A stretch of DNA of 64,000 bases, taken from the NCBI RefSeq assembly GCF_009914755.1, contig NC_060925.1. One strand, given 5' to 3'. The stretch is from the human T2T-CHM13v2.0 reference genome, Homo sapiens. Made by a program: the position numbers and the translations under genes. Of this stretch, positions 1-13,758 are shown piece by piece (the stretch's first letter is position 1; every line of letters starts with the position of its first letter). The notes under the pieces are model-generated. The model made no database searches and was not told the DNA's origin. It saw only the letters and a list, made by a program, of their open reading frames with translations.

Positions 1-207
1 TAAGACCAGCTGGTCAACATAATGAGACCCTGTCTCTACAGAAAATTCTAAAAATTAGCCACCTGTGCTAGTGCACACTTGTAGTCTTAGCTACTCGGGA
101 GGCTGAGGCAGGAGGATTGCTTGAGCCCAGGAGCACAAGGTTATAGTGAGCTATGATTGTGCTACTTCACTCCAGACAGAGCAAGACCCTGTCTCAAAAA
201 CAAAAAA
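1..207 (+). mobile_element. Alu (AluJ-like, partial)
   Basis: Alu right arm and A-tail. Confidence 0.85.
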
Positions 208-2505
208 GTTGAAGAATATAAAATCAGCATACAAAAATCAGCTGCTATTATATATGCCAACAGTGAATCTGAAAAAGAAATTAAGAAAAAAATCCTATTT
301 AAAAGAGCTACAAAGAATATAAAGTAGGCCAGGTGCAGTGGCTCAAGCCTGTAATCCCAGTACTTTGGGAGCCCAAGGCGGGCAGATCACTTGAGGCCAA
401 CCTGGCCTCAAGTTTGAGACCAACCTGGCCAACATGGCAAAATCCTATCTCTACTAAAAATACAAAAATTAGCCTGGCATGGTGGCACATGCCTGTAATC
501 CCAGCTACTCAGGAGGCTGAGGCACAAGAATAGCTTGAACCTGGGAGGCAAGGCGGAGATGAGCCAAGATCGTGCCACTACATTCCAGCCTGGGTGACCT
601 AGTGAGACTATGTCTCAAAAAAAAAATAATAATCTAAAATACCTAAGAATCAATTTTACCAAAGAAGTGCAAGATCTATACAAGGACAAGTATAAAGCAC
701 TGATGAAGAGTTCACCAAAAACTGGATATTCCATCCTCATGAACTGGAAGAATTAATATTGTTAAAATGACAATTCTACTGAAAGCAATGGACAGATTCA
801 ATGCACTCCCTATCAAAATACCAACGGCATTCTTCATAGAAACAGAAAAAGCAATCCCAAAATTTATACGGAACACAAAAGACCCGAGATGGCCAAAGCA
901 ATCCTGAGCAAAAAGAACTAAACTGGAAGAATCACATTATCTGACTTCAAAATAGACTACAAAGCTATAATAACCAAATCAACAGGATTCTAGCATAAAT
1001 ACAGACACATAGACCAATGGAACAGAATAGAGAATCCAGATATAACTCCATGCATTTACAGATAAATCATTTTCAACAAAGGTGCCAAGAATATACAATA
1101 GAGAAAGGGTAGTTCCTCCAATAAATGGTTCTGGGAAAACTGGATAACCATTGCAGAAAAAAGAAACTAGATCCCAGTGTCCCACCGTACACAAAAATCA
1201 AATCAAAATGGATTAAAGACTTAAATATAAGACTTGAAATTATGAAGCTACTATAAGAAAACATTGGGGAAAATCTCCAGAACACTGGTCGGGGCAAAAA
1301 TTTTTTAGTAAGACCTCAAAAAGCACAGACAACAAAAGCAAAAATAAATGAATAGGATTACATCAAACTAAGAAGCTTCTGCATAACAAAGGAACCAATC
1401 AACAAAGTAAAGCGACAACCCACAGAATGGGAGAAAATATTTGCAAACTACCCATCTTATAAAGGATTAACGACCAGGATATATAAGAAGCTCAAGCAAC
1501 TCAACAGGAGAAGATAAAAAAAATCAGATTTAAAAATGGACAGAAGATCTGAATAGACATTTCTCAAAAGACATACAAATGGCCAACAGGTATATAAAAA
1601 AATACTCAACATCATTAATCATCAGAGCAATGCAAATCAAAACCGCAATGTTATCATCTCACCCAAGTTAAAATGGCTTTTAACAAAAAGGGAATGACAG
1701 ATAAGTGGTGAGGATGTGGAGAAAGGGGAACCCTCATAAACACTATTGGTAGAAATGTAAATTAGTATAGCTACTATGGAAAACTGTATGGAGGTTATGC
1801 AAAACTAAAAAATGAACTATTGTATAATCCAGCAATCCACTACTGGGTATACAGATCCGAAAGAAGGGAAATAAATATATCAAAGAGATATCTGCACTCC
1901 TTGTTTTTATTATGGCACTATTAATAATAGCCAAAATATATAATCAACTTAAGTGTCCATCAATGGATGAATGGATAAAGAAAATGTAGTATATACATAC
2001 AATGTGAGATTATTCAGCCATAAAAAAGAATGAAATCCTGTTATTTGGAGCAATATGGAAATGGAGGTCATTATGTTAAATGAAATAAGCCAAGCACAGA
2101 AAGACAAATATCTCATGTTCTCACTCACATGTGAAAGCTAAAACAGCAAATCTTCAGGATAGAAAGTAGACTGATGGTTGCCAGAGGCTGGGAAGGGTGG
2201 GGTGGTGAAGAGGATGAAGGGAGTTTCATTAATAGGTACAAATATACAGTTTAACAGAAGAAAGAAGACCTAGTGTTTGACAAATCAGTAGGGTGCCTAT
2301 TGTTTACAATAATCTATCATATATTTCAAAATAGCTATAAGAGGATAATTTGAATGTTTCTAGCATAAAGACAAATATTTAAGGTGACTGATATCCCAAT
2401 TATACTAATTTGATCTTTATAAATTATGTGAAGGTATTAAATTATCACATGTATCCCCAAAATATGTACATCTACTATGTATCAATAAATTTTTTTTAAA
2501 AAAAG
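208..2505 (+). mobile_element. L1 (L1MA-like) ORF2 3' part and 3'UTR, interrupted by Alu at 327-627
   Basis: Typical L1 ORF2 sequence (agaattaatattgttaaaatg, gaccaatggaacagaatagaga) and AATAAA/A-rich end near 2485-2505. Confidence 0.9.
327..627 (+). mobile_element. Alu (AluS/J-like)
   Basis: GGCCAGGTGCAGTGGCTCA start, dimer, A tail. Confidence 0.93.
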
Positions 2506-3048
2506 CATAATTAACCCCATTGAAAAATAACATAAACAAGAATTTCACAGAGGAAATACATATGGCCACTAAGCACATGAAGGGCATTTCAACATGATTA
2601 GTGATCAGGGAGACATAAGCCAAGACAAAAATGAAGTAGCATTTTGGAACCAATTAGCTGACAAAAATTTAAAAGCCTAGCAATGCCACGTGTTATAATA
2701 TGTGGCTTTGTAACAACTCCTACACATTGCTAGTGGAAATGCAAATTTGAACAGCTACTTCAGAAAACGTTTGGATATTTCCTTCAAAAGTTGCACATTT
2801 ACATATTAGATGAAATACTCATTCTACTTCTAGGTATACACCAGGAGAAACTTGCACATGTACAAAAAATGTTTACAGCAACACAATTCACAGTAACTCA
2901 AATTGAAAACCCAAAGAACAAACTACAGAAGATTAAGTAAACTGTAGCATGTTAGTGCAGCTGGTATCATATAGCATGCAAAATAAATGAACTATCATAA
3001 TAAACTTATGGATGAATCTTAACAATATAATATTAAGTGAAAAAAGTA

Positions 3049-3333
3049 GGCCAGGCTTAATGGTTCACATCTGTAATCCCAGCACTTTGTGAGGGCAAAG
3101 ATGGGAGAATCATTTGAGTCTAGGAGTTAGAGACCAGCCTGAGTAACATAATGAGATTCTGTCTCTACCAAAAATATAAAAAATTAGCAGGGTATGGTGG
3201 TGTGCATCTGTAGTCCCAGCTACTCAGGAGGCTGAGGCAGGAGGTTGAGGCTACAATGAGCTGTGATCATGCCACTGCACTCCAGCCTGGGTGACAGAGC
3301 GAGATCCTGTCTCCAAAAAAAGAAAAAAAAAAA
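3049..3333 (+). mobile_element. AluJ-like
   Basis: Diverged Alu dimer with A tail. Confidence 0.88.
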
Positions 3334-4696
3334 CACTCCCAAAATGTATATAGAGCACGATACTTTTTATCAAGTTAAAATTTTATTTACAAACACCTTT
3401 TTCAGGATTACAAAAAATACATAAAAAGAAAATGATAAACAGAATTCAACATAAGGGTTACACTGGATGGAGAGAGGGAAGACGAGAAGTACATTGAACG
3501 ATGGGTGGGACAGAAGGAAGTAACATAGATAAAGTTTATTTCAGCGGTAAGTTCTTAGGCACTTACTTTGTTTCTTAAAATAATCAAATAAATAAAAGGA
3601 GACCATGAATAAACCAATCATATATATGTGTTATTAACCAAGGATTCTTATAATCCCATTCTGGGTACCTTAAGAGCAACTTTTTAGGAAAAAAGAAAAA
3701 CAGCCATCATCATAATGTCATCCTCCTCCGTCCTCACATCTAATCTATTACACATTAAAGGTGGTAATACTTTATCTCTAAATTCTATTCACATCTGTCT
3801 TTACTTCCAGTTTTTTGTTTACTATCACATGGACTTCTGCAAAAGCCTCCTAACTTACATCTACTCTTGTCCTACACTACTTCTCAAATGCATTCCCAAC
3901 ACTGGAGCCAAAATGGCCTCTTCTAAATGAAAATCTGTTCATGACACTCTTCTTAGAACACTTCAGTAACTTTCTATTACTCTAAAGATAAAGACAAAAG
4001 TCTCAATCACAGCCTAAAATACCCTGTAAGATCTGACCTCTGTCTGCATCTGTAGGCTAGAGTACATAAATTTTATCTAGGCTCATGACCACCTGGAATG
4101 AAGACAACTTTCTTAGTGTCCTCTACTGCTAACTCAAATGACTGAGTTTTGGCCAGAGACAAGCATACATGTGACACAGGCAAATTCTATAAAAGGGAAA
4201 GGAGTGTGCTTTCCCCTTCCTCCTGTCTGAATACGGAATTGAGAAAGAATGGCTGAAGCCCCAGAAATCATCTTGGACCATGAAATAACCTTTGGAATAG
4301 AAAACATACACAAAGGAGCAAAACAAAAGAGCCTGGAGCCTTGACAGCTCTTGAATATTAAAAAAAAAAAAAAAAAAAAAAAAACCACCTATTTCTTATA
4401 AACTATTGTTTTTTTTATGCCTATGCCTAACTGTACCTAATATCCTGGCTAACATATTTCCTGTTCTGCTTCATATCTCAGGACATCTCCCCTTTGCTCT
4501 GCACAGTTCAGCTACATTGGTCTTCTTCCTGTACCTTTTACTAGTCTTACTCACTTTTGCTATAAAGCTGTAATTAATCTGGAATGATCCTGAACCTCTC
4601 TCCCCTAGTTAATACCTACTTAACCTTTAGATTTCAGCTGAACTGTCACTTACTCAGAGAGGCTTTCTCTCTGACAAGGTGAAGTCCCACTTTTAT

Positions 4697-5350
4697 GACT
4701 ATAGTAAAGAAATTAACCTTGCCCAAAGAGAGGTCTGGGCTTTGCCCTTGGTTCCTGGGAGATGAGTTCTAAGTCCTTGAATGCCTAAGAGTCTTTGTTT
4801 ACCTGAGAGCTTTGGGCCACACTGATAGTCTAATAATGTGACTTAGGGTGGGGGTATTGGGTCAAGATTATCAGCTCAACCTCCTGTGGGGCTGGAGACT
4901 AAGGTCCAGCCACATGGGTGGCCAACCAGGTCTATGTGACCAAGGCCCACTAAAAACTTTGGACACCAAGAATCGGATGGGGTTCCTTGGATGGCAATAC
5001 TCTGCATATTGTCACATAGCATTGCCAGAATAGTGAGCACTGTCTGTGACACTACTGGGAGAAGACAACTGGAAGCTCTGCACATGGAACTTTCCTGAAC
5101 TCTACCCCATGTGGCTCTTCCCTTGGCTAATTTTAATCTATATTCCTCTGTTGTAATAAGCCATAATCATGAGTATAGCAGCTTTCAGTAACGTCTATGA
5201 GTCTTCTAACCAATTATAGAACCTGAGGATGATCTGGGGATCCCCCCACCACAAACCTGCAATGCTGTCAGAGGTGAAGGTGGTCTTGGTCGAACTCTAC
5301 AGTTGGTGTTCAAAGTGAGGGTAGTTTTGTGGACAGTTCCTAAACTTCGT
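4697..5350 (+). mobile_element. LTR, MER21C-like
   Basis: aaagaaattaaccttgcccaaagagaggtctgg opening resembles recalled MER21C consensus. Confidence 0.6.
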
Positions 5351-6489
5351 AATATAGTCCTCATTTCACTCCATTCAGCACTTATCATCATTGTAATTTA
5401 ACATTTAATTGATTAATATCAATTGCTTCCACGAAACTCTAAGCATATTTGAGGGCAGGAATCATGGCACTTTTTCATTCTCCAAGCACCACAGTATCTG
5501 GCACATTGTAGGTATTCAGTCATTCTTTCCTGAAAGACTGAACACATGGAGTCACACAAATCCAGTACCACTGCAGCATGATTTTAAGCAAGTAAATCAC
5601 ACCTCAGCTCTCTCATCAGTGAAATAACAAGACTACAATATTTTGCAGAGGGAGAACAGTTATCAAAATTTCATTTCTGGATCCTTATATACAAATTGCA
5701 ATTACTAGGATATATTTCTTTCCTCAATATTTTATTAACCAATGATACACAGACACACACACACACGCAACCCCCTTGAATTAGAGTATATGATCAGCAC
5801 AAAATAGCCAGTGTTACCTCTCTATATTGAGGTAATCCCATTATAAATGCCATTTAGTTAATCTGTATAACCTTATCAAATAAATATGATTTCATTAAAT
5901 TTTTTCAAATTTCTGAAAATACTCCAGACATCCTGGATTGGAAATTATTACTGTAAGCCCTTGAAACCTAAAATCAACTATTACATATTGATGTAATATA
6001 TATTATAACTCTCCTAGCATAGGCTTATAGGAGGCATATACTAAAAAGACTGACAGATATTAATGGGGAATTATTGACCTGTCAGTTTAATATGAACGTT
6101 AGCAAAATAAAGTACCAAAACAATGATATGGGGAATCACTAATCTGAGACTTTCATAAACACAACTGGAATAATACAAATGTAACACAGAACTAAAAAAT
6201 ATCAAGGGACTCCAGAAATTATAAATTCATACTCTACTATCATTTTTTTCTTTCTTTATAGAGTACTTTCTTATACCTTAAAAGTAGCTAGGTCTCTATA
6301 AATCAGACATCATTAGTATCTTAGTGTTAGTAAATTCTAGCACTGTTTAATAGTAATATTCTTAGAGATGAACGGTTCGGTCTGCATTTATTGGATACCT
6401 ACCACGTACCAAGGACTGAATATAAAAACAAAATCCCTAACTCCCAGGTTTACAGTTTAGTGTGGAAGAAACACAATTAATTAATTTAC

Positions 6490-6899
6490 TGATACAGTCT
6501 CTAAATTTGTCCCTGCCCAAACCTCATGTTGAAATGTAATCCCCAATGCTGAAGGTGGGGCCTGGTGGGAGGTGTTTGGATCATGGGGGTGGATCCCTTA
6601 TGAATGGCTTAGGCCATCCCCTTGGTGTTAAGTGAGCTGTTGCTCAAAATCTGATCATTTAAAAATGTGTGCCCCACTCTCTCTTTCTCTCTTGCTCCAG
6701 CTCAGCCATGTGAGATGTCTGTTCCTACTTTGCCTACCACCATGAGTAAAAGCTTCCTGAGGCCTCCCAAGAAGCCGAGCAGATGCCAGCACCAGGCTTC
6801 CTATAAAGCCTGCAGAACTGTAGGTCAATTAAACCTTTTCTTTATAAATTACCCAGTCTCAGGTATTTCTTTATAGCAATGCAAGAATAACCTAACACA
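6490..6899 (+). mobile_element. MaLR solo LTR (MST-like)
   Basis: TG...CA ends; ctcatgttgaaatgtaatcccc and ataaattacccagtctcaggtatttctttatagca hallmarks. Confidence 0.88.
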
Positions 6900-7244
6900 A
6901 ATATACACAAACATACATGGGAAAAAAATCTGTAAAAATATAAATTGTTTTCAGTGGTTATGTCTAAAGCAGAGATTACAAGACACTTTTATTTTCTACA
7001 GCATCCACTTTATAATGTTTAAATTTTTATAATGGCATATATGCTTATATACATTGAAAAAATAAAAACATTTTTAAAAAGGAGAAAAATCACCTCACAG
7101 ACTTTTAAACTCATCTGTCCCCTAGCTTTTCTCTACTACGTAGATCTTAAAATTTACAAACAACTGTGGATTTAAAATTATAGTTACTATATGTATAATG
7201 ATATATAAGCACAAAAATATTATACAAATGGACTATTTGGATTT

Positions 7245-7551
<307 letters not shown>

Positions 7552-10095
7552 TAGGGAAATAATTAGAAACTCAAAATGTTGACTACTAAAAGATTAATTA
7601 ATTAAATTACAGGATATTTATACCAAGAACACTAAAGGAGGCAGTGTTGTGATCAGGTTAATAGTACAGACTTCAGAGCCACAGTGCCTGGGTTTGCACC
7701 CTAGCTCTGCCACTGACTAGCTACATAACATGATCAAGTTTCTTATCTTCTCTAGGACTCGGTTTCCACATCTGTAAAATGATGAGAAGCCTGCAAAACC
7801 AGATAATTGTTGTAAGGGATCAGATTAATAATTTTAAATATTAAATATATTTAAATATAATAATTTATATATTTATAGAATATATAAATAATTAAATTTA
7901 TATATAAATTTATAATTTTTGTATATTTAAATTTAAAATATAATCATTTTAAATATATAAAAGTACTTAGTAAGCTTTCAATAAATGTTAACTAATATTT
8001 ATTATGTGTTGTGAAATGAAACAAAGTCAAACTTTCATTACTAAGTAAAAAAAAACAAAATATTTTGCATAATAATCCAATTTTAGCAAACAAAATTATA
8101 AGGAAAACATGTTAGCATATGAACAGAAAATGTGGGAGGAAGTATGACATATGGAGTCACAAACCTGGGTTTTATACTTGGAGTTCTGGATGTACTACAT
8201 ATTATCTCTGTGATCTCAGGCAAATAATTTTTCTAGGCCTCAATTTCTTCATTTGTGAAATGAAGACAACAACCTCATGGGCTTGTTGCAAATATTAAAT
8301 AATATACCCAAATTACAATATCTGGCACACAACAAGAGAGGTAAATGTTGCCTACTGTTTGTATTATTACTATTATTATTATTATAGTTGTTGAGGATGC
8401 CTCTCTTGTTAACCATTATATATGTAGTATCTAAAACAATGCCTAGCAAAGTAGGTGCTCAATGATTACTTGTTGATTAAATGGATGAGTCAAACTGTTA
8501 AAAGGTTAGTAGAGATGGGTGTGGGATTACAAGGATATTCATGTTCATCACTATATTTATATTGCTGTAATGTTAAGTTCTGCTATCAGAAAAAAAACAA
8601 ATGATACATTTTTAACTACACTATAAAAAACCCTATTTTCCTTAAAGTAAAAGCAAGAAGTTCTAATTTCTCTAAGAATACTCAATTCAAAAAAGTCAGA
8701 GGAAAATGGAAAGCAGCAATAAAATAAAAGAAAAAAGAAAACAAGTTACTTAGTAGCAAAAGCTTTATCTCAAGGGCAGTAATGAGAATAAGCAGTTTTA
8801 TTTTCCACCTTTCTAAAGGTTAATCAGACTATTCTAAGCAAGTTTTTGGGTCTCAGAAATAAGTGCAATTTTCAAACAAATGCAATCAAAGTATTATCTA
8901 TGGCTCTCTAAGAATCCCTAAGACCCTTTTCAAGGAGTTTGTGAGCTCAAAATGGTTTCCATTGTAATTCTAAGACAGTTTTTGCCTTTTCCTCTTCTTT
9001 TCCATCTGCACTGTTGGCACAAAAGCAACAGTGTGTAAAACTGGTGGTATTTTAGCATGAATCTAGGCAATGACATTAAACTATTTCACTGACATACATA
9101 AGAGTTTTAAAAAAAGAAAACAAAAGCAAGTTTTACTAAAAAAAAGTCTTTGATAAAGCAGTAAAACTTATTTTTATCAAATTTTGACCTTGGAGTACAA
9201 GTCTCAAGTCTTTAATATTCTGTGGAATGAAATAGGAAGTACAAATAAAGAACTACTGCTGTATACCAAGATATGCTAGTTATCTTGAAGAAAGTACTTC
9301 AGCAATTGATTTGTAAGCTAAATTGTTAGCTTTTTCCCTTGGAACATCATTTTTGCTTGAAAGAACAAACGAGAGACAAATGTGGTTTTCCAGACAAGGA
9401 TATCTGGCACATATTTTCTTAAAAATGAGTTAAATCAGTCTGTGGCTTTGTGAACAAACACCTAATAATATTTGTTGTTGTTGATAAAATTTGAATTTTC
9501 AAGTGAAAATTTAAAAATTAGAAGTTTGTAAAACTTAGATCTCCCACTGTGAGCTTAAAAGGTTTGCTATGGGTAATTTAACTTCTCAACAATATCATAT
9601 CTAATGTGTCAACACTTAGAAGACATTCATAAAACGGTAAATGTACAATGTTACAAAATCATACAGGAATAAAAGATCCATTTGAAGGGCAACATAATCC
9701 AAAGGATTTTACCATAACAAAGTACAAATTTTACATTACAACTAACCTTTGAGAAAGCAATACTTTTAAAGCGTTGACATACTGTCAAAGAATATATTTA
9801 CCTGAAAAAGATAATATTTCTCTTTTTCCAACTACACATCTGTGTGAGACAGAACTTTTTTTATTGATTTCAACCAAAAGCAAAACAAAACGAAAACATT
9901 GCAACAGACTGAATGAAGAAGCAGATAGGATCCAGCTGTGCTATTAAGGCAGACATTTAAAAGATTTGCAAAAATGTAAAACAATGCAATCTTCTAGCTA
10001 ATTTTTTGGTAACTATAGTTATTTTTCATTAAAAAATGTTATCGATGTTAACATGTAACAAGTTTATTGTTGTTACTTTCAAATCTATTCATAAT

Positions 10096-10712
10096 TCTTT
10101 TTTTCTTATTTTTTTGAGACAGGGTCAAGCTCTGTTGCCCAGGCTGGAGTGTAGTGGTATGAACATATCTCACTCAGCCTCCATATCCTGGGCTCATGCA
10201 GTGTTCCCACCTCAGCCTCCCAAGTAGCTGGGACCACAGGCACGCCACCACCACGCCCAGCTAATTTATTTTTTTGTTTTTGTTTTATAGAGACGGGTCT
10301 CTTCAGGTTTCCCAGGCTGGTGTCAAATTCCTGGGCTCAGCCAGGCACAGTGACTCACGCCTGTAATCCCAGCACTTTGGGAGGCCAAGGCGGGTGTATC
10401 ACCTGAGAGGTCAGGAGTTTGAGACCAGCCTGGCCAACATGGTGAAACCCCATCTCTACTAAAAATACAAAAATAGCCTGGTGTGGTGGTATGTGCCTGT
10501 AATCCTAGCTTCTTGGGAGGCTGAGGCAGGAGAACGGCTTGAACCTGGGAGGTGGAGGTTGCAATGAGCCTCGCACCATTGCACTCTGGCCTGGGCGACA
10601 GAGCAAGACTCTATCTCAGAAAAAGAAAAAACAAATTCCTGGGCTCAAGGGATCCTCCTGCCTCGGCCTCCCAAAGTGCTGGGATTACAGTTATAAGCCA
10701 CCATGCCTGGCG
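10096..10712 (-). mobile_element. AluJ-like, split by an opposite-strand Alu
   Basis: Alu reverse complement 10096-10339 resumes at 10632-10712. Confidence 0.88.
10340..10631 (+). mobile_element. AluS-like with 16-bp TSD CAAATTCCTGGGCTCA
   Basis: TSD at 10324-10339 and 10632-10647. Confidence 0.93.
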
Positions 10713-10953
10713 TAAATATTATTAAAATGTTTCAGTTTTAATGTCTAATATGGCAAACATTGATAGATAATCCCAGAAACAAAAGCTCTTTTGAGATGTC
10801 AATAATTTTTAAGACTGTAATTGGAGATGTCAATAATTTTTAAGAGTGTAAGAGTTTGAGGACTACTACACTAGTAGCAAACAGTAGTAAACTAGAGTCT
10901 TGTTTATAAAAAGGGTTGCTCTTGAGACTTTTCAGAGTATCCAAGGACCATAC

Positions 10954-11059
10954 CTGCTTAGCAAAAAATATCGTGTCAAGTCGGGAGTCCTGAACCACAG
11001 AGCCTGCTGGTTCTTCTCCTGGCTGCCACTTGAAAAGAAAAATTAACCCATGAACTGGC
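10954..11059 (-). CDS. UCHL5: UCHL5 coding exon 3 (PVHGLIFLFKWQPGEEPAGSVVQDSRLDTIFFAKQ); gene continues beyond window start
   Basis: Inside ORF 10840..11091; TTTTGTAG acceptor, CAG|GTATGG donor; UCH GLIFLFKW and FFAKQ (oxyanion Gln) motifs. Confidence 0.96.
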
Positions 11060-11657
11060 CTACAAAATAAAATACAAATTAATGACATCAAACCCTGCTT
11101 CTTTCATAATACATTGTTAATCTATAAAATTTTAGTCAGTTATCTAACAAATATAATACAAATGAAGTAAATATGGGAAATTTTTAAAAGATCACTATTG
11201 CCATTCATAGTTACTAGACTGTTGCCTTAGAAGATGCTAATACAACTTAAAATTATATCAGTTAAAATAAAATTGTAGTGAAAGGTTTATTCTCAAATCT
11301 GTAGACTATTCATTTCTACCTGATATTACCTCACTTAAAAAATAAGAATATAGTAAAACCAGAAGCTGGCTGAACTCCAAAATATATAAAGTTCATGTAA
11401 CATGTTTATAGATAAACGGTTGATAGCATATATTATCTATATTAAATATAGGAAGTAACCTTCATATATTATTGGATTCATGAAAAATCCTCATATTGCA
11501 GTATGAATTGATGCTACCATCTCATACATAATGAAATCATCCACTTTCCTAAAGGAACTGTTTTTGAGCACAAAACATTAAATCACTACTTTGAAATTCC
11601 TTCTAGTCTATCTATCACAACTGCCTCCCACCCCACAAAAAACTTTTCCTATCCTCA

Positions 11658-11976
<319 letters not shown>

Positions 11977-11984
11977 GGTTTCCT

Positions 11985-12128
11985 ATCTTTTTATTTGATT
12001 CAATTTTATTTTAGACATGGGGTCTCACTATGTTGCCTGGGCTAGACTTGAACTCCTGGGCTCAAGCGATCTTCTCGCCTCAGCCTCCTGAGTAGCTACA
12101 ACTACAGGCATATGCCACCATGCCTGGC
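11985..12128 (-). mobile_element. FLAM/Alu monomer
   Basis: Single reverse-complement Alu arm. Confidence 0.8.
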
Positions 12129-12961
12129 TCCCATTTTTTAAAGACAGTTCAAATGATCCATTTTTAATTAACCTTCCCTGATCTTAGCCACAAATGATCT
12201 CATTTCATCTAAAGTGATTGCTCTTTTTACAGGGAAGAGAAAGGTAGGAAGAAGCAAACTACCTATCACCTTCTTACTATTAACAACAGTTAGCATATTC
12301 CTAAGTCCCTATTTTCCCTTTTAAAAGATTCCCTGACCCCATTCCAGACTCCAAGACTCCCACCAGTGAAAATTCCTCTAGCCCTCCATTTGAAGATACA
12401 GGGTCAATGTTTGAGGGCATGGTAGTCAGGGGTAAGGAGAAGTTAAAAGAGGTGATTCTGGTCAGAAAGATGGGGGAAGGAGAAAAGTTGTTTCTGGCAT
12501 CAACATTTGGAACTTTAAATATAACTTTCCCAGAGGTAATGTGATAGTGTGTAGGCAAGTTCTGGATTACTATAAATATATATTATCTATCAAATATGCT
12601 TTAGTACACTGAGCTATTGTTCTTGCTTTTTATGTTAAAATGTGTTCCATGTTCTAACACTATTGATATATAAGTGAATTTTGTAAAAAAAAAAAAAAAA
12701 AAAAATCAACTAACCAGTACTTTGTGGATATGGAATTACAGAGCCTTAGGTTTGACTCCCTTGCAAGTTACCTATCAGCCTCAGGTTCTTAGTTATAAAA
12801 AAATAATAATAATATCTATCTCACAGGATTGAAGAGACTTAAAGGACATAACGTATTCAACCTAGAGTAATCCAAGTAAAATAAACAAACAAATCTGAAT
12901 ATCCTTTAAGTTTGTTAAAGTATATATATATACATATTAACACAACTAAAATTATACTTAC

Positions 12962-13025
12962 TTTAATTTTTCAAAATTCTCAGGCTCTAAACTCCATATT
13001 TCTTCTACTTGGGCTCCTCGGCAAC
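12962..13025 (-). CDS. UCHL5: UCHL5 coding exon 2 (GCRGAQVEEIWSLEPENFEKLK)
   Basis: TTTCAG acceptor and GTAAGT donor; 64 nt; phase continues exon 1; manual translation (too short for ORF track). Confidence 0.95.
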
Positions 13026-13528
13026 CTGAAATAATAAATTATTTTCTTCAGTAAACAGGATAATTCATTTTTTCCTTCAACATGAAATAAAATATTAACT
13101 AAAGGAAATGCAACACATGACAAAACAAAATGGTAAAACTAATAAAGCTCACAGCCAAATCTCATTACTCTCTTTAATATATCCCAATTATTTACAGTGG
13201 GAGTATATTTATAATTTAAAGAGTTTCAAGAGTTTATTTTCATTGAATTACCACTCTATGACTGTTCCTTCTCTCTCTCTCAATCTCTGGCACCTCTATC
13301 CACTCTTTTCACTCAACTGTTCCATTTCTCCAGCTCTGTCTTTAGCCTTATATTATTATTATTTTTTCTTACTCTATACTTTTTTTTCTGGGAAAGTAAA
13401 TAACTAATACTTAACAGTAACTTTCAAATCACATCTTTAGTTCTGATCCTTATCCTGAATTCCAACTGTATATTTTCAACTACTTCAGAGTCACGTCTCC
13501 TCCTCCCCTCCCAAATATCCTTCTAAGA

Positions 13529-13758
13529 CAGCAGTTCTCAACTAGGGTGATTTTGTTCCCCAGGGAACATTTGGCAATGATAGACTTTTTTTTATTGTCA
13601 TTATTGTCACTGGTGTGGACGGTAGGGGAGAGGCTACTAGCAACTATTTGGTAGAGGCCAGGGATGCTGATAGATATCCTACGTTGCACAGGACAACCCC
13701 TGACAACAAAGTAATACCTGGCCCAAAATATCAACAGTGCCAAGGTTGAGAAACTCTG
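13529..13758. mobile_element. MER20 (hAT) DNA transposon
   Basis: Inverted ends cagcagttctcaac...gttgagaaactctg; gaggccagggatgctg core. Confidence 0.85.

Larger units (their letters stand above)
8900..10870. mobile_element. hAT-Charlie-like DNA transposon fossil with nested Alus at 10096-10712
   Basis: Resembles recalled Charlie1 sequence (cagactgaatgaagaagcagata, aaacaaaagctctttt); orientation not resolved. Confidence 0.6.

Noticed and set aside
7825-8000. Very AT-rich, partly self-complementary tract
   Set aside because: Low-complexity A/T sequence in which hairpins arise by chance.
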